Source: Rotaria socialis (taxonomy: Eukaryota). Taken from it: 61,543 nucleotides of DNA. The DNA is taken from contig CAJNYD010000549.1 of assembly GCA_905331295.1 (NCBI GenBank), forward strand, positions 124,001-185,543. Direction: 5' to 3'. This document shows positions 52,671-61,543 of the stretch, one piece after another. The notes under the pieces were generated by a model. The model was not told where the DNA came from. It ran no database searches and worked only from the letters and a program-made list of their open reading frames with translations. The position numbers and the translations under genes are program-made. Within the stretch, counting starts at the first letter, position 1. Each line of letters starts with the position of its first letter.

Positions 52671-55378
52671 ATGAGCATCCGCGGCAAACTCAAGGAAGAA
52701 CTTAAACAAAGTGATCCAAATGTAAAAGGACTTTATCAACATCAATCATTTGCTGAAACAGCTGTAAATGGTCTTGAACAACGTACATTACTCGATATTG
52801 AATCGGAACCGTAAATATAAAATGTTTTGTTTTTGTTTTCATTAATCAGTTTCATCTTTTCAACATCTAGATGGAATACACGTCATACGAGTATTATTTG
52901 TACCTTAGGTAAATTCTTTTCAAAATCTGTTACAATGAACGATATATATATATACAGCTATTTAATTATTTATATTTCTAGGTCCTGCATCACAAAGTGT
53001 AGAAATGCTTTCGAAAATGATTAGTGCAGGAATGAATATAGCTCGTCTGAATTTTTCTCATGGAAGTCATGAAGTAAATAAACAATAGAATTTATTGATT
53101 TTACAATTATTTCGATTTAGTATCATCAACAAAGTATTGATAATGTTCGTAAAGCCGAAAAATTAACAGGCGTCGAAGAAAACTTTCGACCCATTGCAAT
53201 TGCACTTGATACCAAAGGTCCAGAAATTCGAACAGGTGTTTTAGCTGCTGTAAGATTTCTATAGCATTTCTTGAGAAATTTAAGAAAAAACGAAATCTTT
53301 TTTTCAAGGGAGTTAACAGTGAAGTTGATTTAAAAAATGGAGCGACTATTTGTTTGACCACGGATCCACAATATGCGAATAAATCAACAGATGAACATTT
53401 ATATGTCGATTACATGAATATCATCAATGTTGTTAAGCCAGGCAATCGTGTCTTTATTGACGATGGCCTTCTTTCATTACTTGTCACAGAAGTTGGTTAG
53501 TAGAAAATGTAATTTTTTTATGTTCGTCTTTGAATATTTTTTTTCGTTTCTAGGAGATAATTATCTTACATGTGAAGTTGAAAATGGTGGTGCATTAGGC
53601 AGTCGTAAAGGTGTTAATCTACCAGGTGTAGCAATTGATTTACCTCCTCTATCAGAAAAAGATATAGACGATCTTCACTTTGCTTTGAAGAATGATGTAA
53701 GAAACAATTTTGAATTTTAACTTAATCGCCTTGTTTTGGTTGTTTAGGTTGATATGATTTTTGCAAGTTTTATTCGTCATGCAGACGGTATTCGAGTCAT
53801 TCGAGAAATACTCGGTGAAAAAGGAAAACACATTAGAATAATTGCAAAGATTGAAAATCAACAAGGCATTCACAAGTATAAATAAATAGCGAAAGACGAA
53901 ATGAAATAATTCATTAAAAAAAAATTCTTTTAAGTTTTGATTCGATTCTTGAAGCAGCTGATGGTGTTATGGTTGCACGTGGTGACATGGGCATTGAAAT
54001 TGCTCCACAAAAAGTTTTCGTCGCACAAAAAATGATGATCGCTAAATGCAATTTAGCTGGTAAACCTGTCATTTGTGCTACACAAGTATAAATATTGAAT
54101 TCACCAGAAGAAAAGCAAAAAAAGAATAATTTATTTTTCTTCATTAAGATGTTAGAGAGTATGACGAAAAATCCTCGTCCAACTCGTGCTGAAGTCAGTG
54201 ATGTAGCCAATGCCGTTCTGGACAATGCCGATTGTGTTATGTTATCCGGTGAAACCGCAAAAGGCAAATATCCTTTACAATGCATTCAATTAATGCACCA
54301 AGTTTGTAGATAAATAAAAATGAATGAGTTAGTATATGATTTTATGAATTAAATTAAGATCGCTCGAGAAGCTGAAGCTTGTTTATTTCATCGAGAACTT
54401 TTTAGTAATCTTAGCTATTTTACTAAGCCACCATTGGTAAATATAGAATCATTGTTTAATTTCGATTTCTAAAGAATTTTGATGATTTTTTTAAGGATCA
54501 AATGCAATCAGCAGCAATTGCTGCTGTTGAAGCAGCTTTTCGAAGTTATGCTTCGCTTATTGTTGTTCTTACACATTCTGGAAAGTAAGTTGAAAAGTTC
54601 TTGTTCAGGACATTTTTGGGAACGCAAATCGTTGTTTTTCTCCAATAGATCCGCTGAATTAATAGCACAATATCGTCCTCGGGCAGTTATTATGGTTGTA
54701 ACACGATCTTTAAGAACTGCTAGACAAATGCATTTATATCGTGGTTGTTGCCCAGTTTTTGTTAACAGTAATTAAATTTCTTCAAAGTTCTAAAAAAATA
54801 TTTTTAAAATTCTTCCATGATTTTATTCTTTTTAGCTCAACGAAGTAAGTTATTTATCGAGAAAAAATGATCTTATTTTGCTTTTTTGAACAATAGAACA
54901 TCCATCGCAATCAAAACTTGCGATTGAAGGTAAGAAAAATAGAAAATATATTTATGTGTTAATTGTTAAAACTTATCGTAATCCTATATGTTGTCTTGTG
55001 TTGTAGAAGAACCAGAAAAAGATGATTGTAAGGTGTTGAACTTCTGTTTTTTTCCTTTGTATGTGAACGATTTATTTTGTTTTAGGCTTGGATCTAGACT
55101 ACGAAAAAGAAGGAGAGCCTCTATTTAAACAACATCATATATCAGCAAATCAAGCATTGGCTATGAGTGATTGGTTACTCGATGTTGATGCTCGTGTTAT
55201 TGACGCGATTAAAGTCGGTAAATCACATGGATTTGTTTCACCTGGTGATGCTGTTATTGTTGTCACAGGATGGGTAAGAAATTAAAATGAATTTTCAATC
55301 CTTTTCATAGTTTTTTAATTTTATTAGCGTCCTGGTTATGGTACAACAAATACATTACGTATCATCTATGCAGATTAG
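52671..55378 (+). CDS. PKM: Pyruvate kinase, many exons, with a C-domain insertion
   Basis: [70 protein letters not shown]...[44 protein letters not shown]; stop 55376-55378. Confidence 0.95.
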
Positions 55379-57741
55379 AATGTTTATCTAGTCAACAACA
55401 GCAATAAATATTTTGTTTTTACATTCGAATTGAAACAAAGAAATAACAAAGTTTTTTCTCAAATTTATTTCCGCCTGCAGATCAGCTCGTTTTGCCCCGT
55501 CTCTTTATTTAGTCAAAATATTTATCAAAATAATCTCGTCGTTTTATCTCTTTCCTGCTTTTCATTATTTTCTTTTGAAGACAACTTATGTATCATTTAT
55601 TGTTTACAGTCTCCTATCTAAAAACCAGTGTATGTATTCATGACAATAGCTTAGTTCATTTATTTTCTTGTTGTTGCTGTGTCGTATAGGAATGATCTAT
55701 ATAGAATATTCTTTAAACAAATACATATGAAGCTATGTAGTGAAACATCAAGAGACAGTAATAAACAAAATATATAATCAAGAGAAAAAAATCAATTTTT
55801 CTCATATTCTTCTCAACAAACATTGGCCGATAAACATAATCTAACTAAAAGAGTATTATTTTCGGCTGGAAATTCCTCGATCTTATCAATATTCAAAGTC
55901 AAACCGACAAGTATTTTAGAATCTAATTTTCTTTTGACGTTTGAACAACAATGAACTGTTTCTAGTTTTCTTCATCTACAAACAAATTATTGGCTTCATG
56001 TCTTACATTGTAGTTTCCATTGAGATTATTAAACTGTAACAGTGACGTGATGACTGTTCTTTTTTTGTCATAAATTGTAGATCAGTGAAAGCAATATTGA
56101 TAATAAAAAGTGCGTTATGATGCTCGTGAAAATAACTTTTGTCGTCTGTTTAAATTGATCGTCATTTGGTAGACGATTAAAAGAAGAAAAAAGCCGAACT
56201 TCACAGTATCTTGAATTCTTTTGTAAAGTTCCAAACGTTCATGGCTGATATCCATAATTCGATTGATTATTTTGGTGTCTTTTTTTTTGAAAAAATGTGA
56301 ACTATTTCTCTCTTTACTTGAATGAATAATTTGTCATTTTCAGTTGATAAAAATTTTTAAAATGATGTACTCTTTCTCTATTGTCTCACTACACACAAGG
56401 AGACAATAAGTAGATCTTCTCTGAATTTTCTTTATATGATCTACAATAGTATTCCGATTAGTAACATAAGATACGGATATTAATGAAAAAGTCTGTTAGG
56501 ATTTAATATCATAAAAGCATATGTACATTATTTTTCGATTTCGGTGACTTCAAACCATGAGAACAAATGTATTTTACTTGTGTTTCATAATTTAGATAAT
56601 TCTTGAAATACGCTGTAGCTATAAAATTATGGAAAGTTTAGTTGAATGGAATCTCGTTTATTTGTCTGATGCTATGAACCATTGATATTTCTGGGATGTG
56701 GATGGTGGTTGTAGATATCTTTATAATTATTTGACTAATATCTACATCCGGCTCCTACTTTTTCTTCTCTCATATGAATTTCTCTCTTATCATATATGTA
56801 CTATCACATAGGAAATTTTCCCTTTCATATTCTTCTTGCCATTTGGATCTCTCTCTTCACTATTGCTAAAATCTTGTGAAATACTATCTGAAAGAAGCAT
56901 CGAAGTATGTAGGATAGAAATTTTCATCCCTCCCACAAGCTGTGACAGACTGTATATTTAATTAACTAAATAGCCTCTACCTAATTAATTGTCCATCATT
57001 GACCATGTTAGAAAGAAACCATGTCCATCCAGCACAGGTCGTGATAGACGAACTAATGATGAATGAATATGCCCAAATATACATAAAAAAGACCAGTTTG
57101 AGAGAATTAGCAAAAACAGCTGATTGTGTTTCATATTTGAATCCCGAAAGGATTGCGCAAGCATGTTGCCGTATCATGCTGGATATTTTCACCATGTTCA
57201 CTCATTGATATAGAGAACATAATTTTACAATAAAATATTACACGAGACTCGAGCTCATTTTCTTTGAGCTTCAGAGTTAACTGTTTAGTACGTCAATATG
57301 CTTCAACATATTCTATATGATTTTACCTGCTATGTGCGTTATCGCATCGTAACCAGGTTATCATCTCTATCAAATGTTGCAGGTATTACATACAATCCGA
57401 TGTGCGCGCGCACACTCTCGATTAGTTCTTGTTGACGAAAAACAGCAATGAAAAAACTGCGTTGCCTTTTTCTTTTCATACACCAGCGATAAAAGACGCG
57501 TTCGATTTCAATTCTTTTATGCGGGACCAATGACTCAAAAATAAGGCAGCTTGCTTTTTAATGAAAATGTTTATGTAGTTGGTTAGCTGAAGTGTAGAGT
57601 CACGCCAACACCCTAATCATCTGTTGAGCAAAAACGAAGCAAAGTAAAAAATTTGTTCATAGACGCCGAGAAACCTTTCTCGTTCTACTATTCATTTTGG
57701 AATAAGGACACAACTATATTCATAAATAAATTTTAGATTTA

Positions 57742-60700
57742 ATGACGTCATCTCCTGTTTATCAATGTAAACGAGCATTAATCATTGGTATCAACACATA
57801 TCAGAACAATTCATTGAATTATTGTATCAATGATGCCAAAGATTTGATGACAACTCTCAATCGTATTGGATTCAAGGAGGTATTACTAGGAGTCGACTGT
57901 AAGCGCACTAAATTCCTTCAAATGGTCGAAACATTTGCTGGAAGAATTAAGCCTACTGACTTAACGTTGTTTTACTTTTCTGGTCATGGTAAGCAATATG
58001 AAAATGAGAATTATTTGCTACCATCGGATTACGATTATGATTACAGCACGAGGGAGTCTATCTATTTATTGGACAACGCTGTTAGCGTACAGTACATCAT
58101 GAAGAAAATATATCATCGATACTGTCCCGTAACGATATTCATTTTCGATTGTTGCAGAACAAACGTCCGAACTAAAGGAGGTAGTGATCAACAAGGTTTA
58201 TCACCAATGCATGCATCGCCAGAAACTCTTATTGCATATGCATGTGCACCAGGCGCAGTAGCAGTCGACGAAACACGAAATGGCAGAAACGGCTACTTTG
58301 CTGAACATTTGTTAAAGCACATTGCAACGCCCAACAATGATATTGAAGATATTTTGAAGATTGTTGCGCGTGAAGTTAAATTACAAACTTCTGGTTTTCA
58401 AGTGCCCTTCCGAACAAGTTCCCTAACAGAGAAAGTTTGCTTGGTAACATCAAATGTTCAAGGTTAGAATCTTTTTTTAAATTTTGCTTCCTATCAAAAC
58501 ATGATACTGAATTAGTGTCAATAGTATGTAGTATAAAAATACAACACCTAGTTTGTTTTTACAGTTATCAAGGTTTTAACGAAAATTTATACTGTATATA
58601 AAGTAAATATTTGGGTGTGGATGTGGGTGACGTAGGCGTATGGGTCTGGATAGAGGCAAGACTTACTCAAGTCTACACCCACACCCTCGTCTTCAGCTTA
58701 CTGTTTTTTGTCACATTAGTTAATCGTTTTTAGTTAAATCAAATTTTACTCGTCTTTATATTTTTATTCAGCTCAAATGGCGACACCGGCCCCAGTCGGA
58801 TCTGACAATAATATGAACAATTTTGAAGTTATAAGTAGCGATGAAGCAGAATCGGAACCTTTAAATGATGATGAGACAAGAAATGAACAACAAGATGCAG
58901 GAGTGTCGCGTATATCTATTGCTACAGGTTCTGCAATTTCTAGTGGTTCCTGGATTCGATGTTCTATCACACTATATATGCTGCGCAAAGCTGATCCTAA
59001 TCACAAGTGGCAAATTCAGGCTGTGTTTGGTAACAAAAGAAGACTTGCTTTCAATAGCGCTGAAGCTCTGAGTTATCACGAGGTTAGTTCATTCATCAAA
59101 ATCTACTATCACTAAGCATTATCACTCTCTGAAAAGTTTAACACTGATGTGCCGTGATGTTCGAAAACAAATTTAGACTAACGTTAGCATAGACACTGCA
59201 GATACTCAACTTATCAATGCTATGGCATCTCTATACAATCTTTAATAAATTGAATGCTGATTAGAAACTATTGTGACGCAACAGCGAACTATAGCTTTGT
59301 TTTTGCTTTAGGCTAGTACAAACAAAAATGAAGCTGTCCCAATACTCTACCGACTTCAACTAATCTTCATCTACAATGATAAGCGACAAGTTTGTGTCTG
59401 TGACGACGGAAAATATTATATAACTAGTTCATTTAAAATTCGAATATCTGAACCAGGAATAACCTTCACGTCTCATTACTATGCCCATTCGCTCCATGCT
59501 CTAATGATTAGTCCATCGATGTCAGATCAATTTTTATTTGGCATTCATTTCAAAAAAGGTGGTATTACTTCGCTAAACGCCGCCCCTCCAGGTAAGAAAA
59601 TACTGCACTCCAATATAATATCTACGAAAATAACCATTTTAGGCATTAGCATATCATTGTGGGATAGTTTACCTATTTTTGCATATTATCTTCTTCGTAC
59701 ACAATCTTACGATAAATGTGGTGCACTCTTTGATCAATTTAAAATCATCGAAGAAAGTAGTGGACTAATCATGTCATCTGACTGTTTGGAGAAATTTTTA
59801 TCTATGTGTCTTAAGTATTTACCAACAATCGGCAATGTTCTCAACCAAGATCTTAATGCGCTAAAAATTCTTATTCAGATGATAGCTCTTATACCGATAA
59901 GCAAACGAAATATTGTGTTCGACACAAAAGCTTCAGAATTTGTATCAGTCATTCTCAAGATTTTCTCCAACAAGTTAGATGCTATCATAGTAACAATCAA
60001 TAAAAATGATTGGATATCTTTTTATAAAGGTTTAACAGTACTAATTTGCATTAAAATACGTCATGAAAAAGATAAAAATGACACAGACAATACTATTGAT
60101 TTATTGTCAAGAATATCTGAAAAAGAACAACGAGAAGATGCAGCATTGCAACTACTTAAATTATTCAAGCTTTTAGAACGTAGATTACCAGGAAACAAAA
60201 TGATGGAGTTGTATAAATTGGTGAATCCGAAGGATCTCTCCTTGGAATATCTCGCACCATCTGCTTCATGGGAAACGTACATTTATGGTCTCACTCGTAT
60301 TGTTGAAAATTGTGAATATCGTATGAATGATTTGGAAGACCATATAAAAGATCAACTTCGTAGATTCCTTAATGCGAATTATTTTCCAAGTAAGAAATAA
60401 GAAAACGAGAGAAAAATCAAATATTTTTTTCGGATTATTCTTTAGTGCTATTACCTGATGTTGCGTGGATTTTAACCTATTTGAAACGACAAACAAACAG
60501 CAAGTCAACCCAAATAATTCAACGTATTTTTCAAAAAAGTGATCCCTTGCAAATCAGCATTGAGCAGTATTTAGATAGTAGAAGATATAGTATTACCTCG
60601 CATGAGTTTCCTCTCGTTCGTGATATTCTCATTCGTTCATATAATTCAGAATTAATGCACAATATAAATCGTCAAGAATATCTTTTACGTATGCTCACCT

Positions 60701-61543
60701 ATCGAAAAGAGCATAAAACCGATCATTTTATCGAATGGTTCAAATGCTTTCTCTGTGAAACAGATGAAAACTGGATTAGGTATCAAGATTTAGTTTACCA
60801 TTGGACCAACTGTTTCGTAAAAGATCAAATAGCTCTGTTCGAAATAATGAAAGAAGTCGATTTGCTTATCGATCTTTGGATCAAAGTTGCACCAAACAAT
60901 AATCAACGCTCGGACTTTTTTGTGGCACATATGGTTACACAATGTTTCAGCCAAGGTAAGATAAATAGTTAACCGTTGCCTTTAGTTTTTCAATCGCTAC
61001 TATATAGTTGCATAGAACATTTTCGATACAAAGTACGTATCATCATTTTACAAGTGTGGTTTTATTTTTCGGATACTTTGCGAAATGAAAGGGAAAAAAG
61101 AAAATTTCGTTGCATGACTACTTTTCATTTTGTTTTTCTTATCTGATAGAACAATTATGCCCAGTTTGACATTGTTTTTTTTTATAGAGAACGTGAACAA
61201 TCTACTGAAGAACGCTTTACATACAGTAAACAATGAAAAATTTCTCGAAGCTTTCAAGAAACAATATGAAAAAGAAAAACTTGCCGATGCCAAGGGACAG
61301 CTTAGGAATTTAAAAGATCCCACAAACCCTTTATTTCAATTAATAAATATTGCTGAAGAGCAAAAACGACAAAATAAAATAGTGGAAGATCTAATCATTC
61401 TTGCTGAGTCTATGATCGAAGTCGGAGACAGTGAACTTCTCAATGATACTTTCAATAATCCATCTCGAGGTACATTTGTCTATCTTATTCTATTCGATAA
61501 ATCATTAAGTTCACTCTCAATACATAAAAATATTGTTAATCGT
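57742..61543 (+). CDS. Large protein with N-terminal bacterial-type peptidase C14 (ortho/paracaspase-like) domain fused to a long helical region; 3' partial
   Basis: KRALIIGIN.Y, LFYFSGHG, NYLLP.D, IFDCCR, LIAYACAPG..A.D...NG.F, Q.P. Phase-1 intron 58463-58771 joins in frame to AQMATPAP...; later exons (59312-, 59643-, 60446-) stay open. Confidence 0.82.

Noticed and set aside
53914..54285. Antisense ORF over pyruvate kinase (and similar antisense ORFs over BET, sHSP and RhoGAP exons)
   Set aside because: Shadow frames of real coding exons.
56977..57530. Three short ORFs upstream of the caspase gene
   Set aside because: No recognisable motifs or consistent splice structure.
1..61543. tRNA, rRNA, CRISPR or prokaryotic operon features
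   Set aside because: None recognisable by eye; a covariance-model scan (tRNAscan-SE/Infernal) would be needed to exclude small ncRNAs.

Overview
AT-rich, intron-rich eukaryotic DNA (most introns about 50-70 nt, GT-AG). It is most consistent with a bdelloid rotifer; this is an inference from the tiny introns, metazoan core genes mixed with a fungal-type transporter and a bacterial-type caspase domain, and bdelloid-like gene families. About 15 spliced genes can be reconstructed: prohormone convertase 2, ARHGAP11-like RhoGAP, a small PDZ-only Zasp/PDLIM-like gene missed by the ORF track, a fungal-type MFS anion:cation symporter, a BET bromodomain protein, a USP19-like deubiquitinase, a double alpha-crystallin sHSP with 39-aa repeats, a B-box/coiled-coil gene with a tightly linked partner ORF, G-alpha-s, a SPOP-like BTB gene, COPS2, SNRNP40, pyruvate kinase, and a peptidase-C14 fusion protein that runs off the window end. 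Four clear non-autonomous DNA transposons have TIRs and TSDs: a Ginger-like deletion derivative, two CCCAR-ended MITEs and a FLYWCH/MULE foldback. The most interesting signals are two co-oriented gene pairs only about 50 bp apart with splice acceptors before the downstream ATG (candidate trans-spliced operons), the caspase-domain fusion, a MITE that appears to sit in a USP19 exon end, and a microexon-built insertion in pyruvate kinase. All exon structures and family calls were made by eye, without searches.
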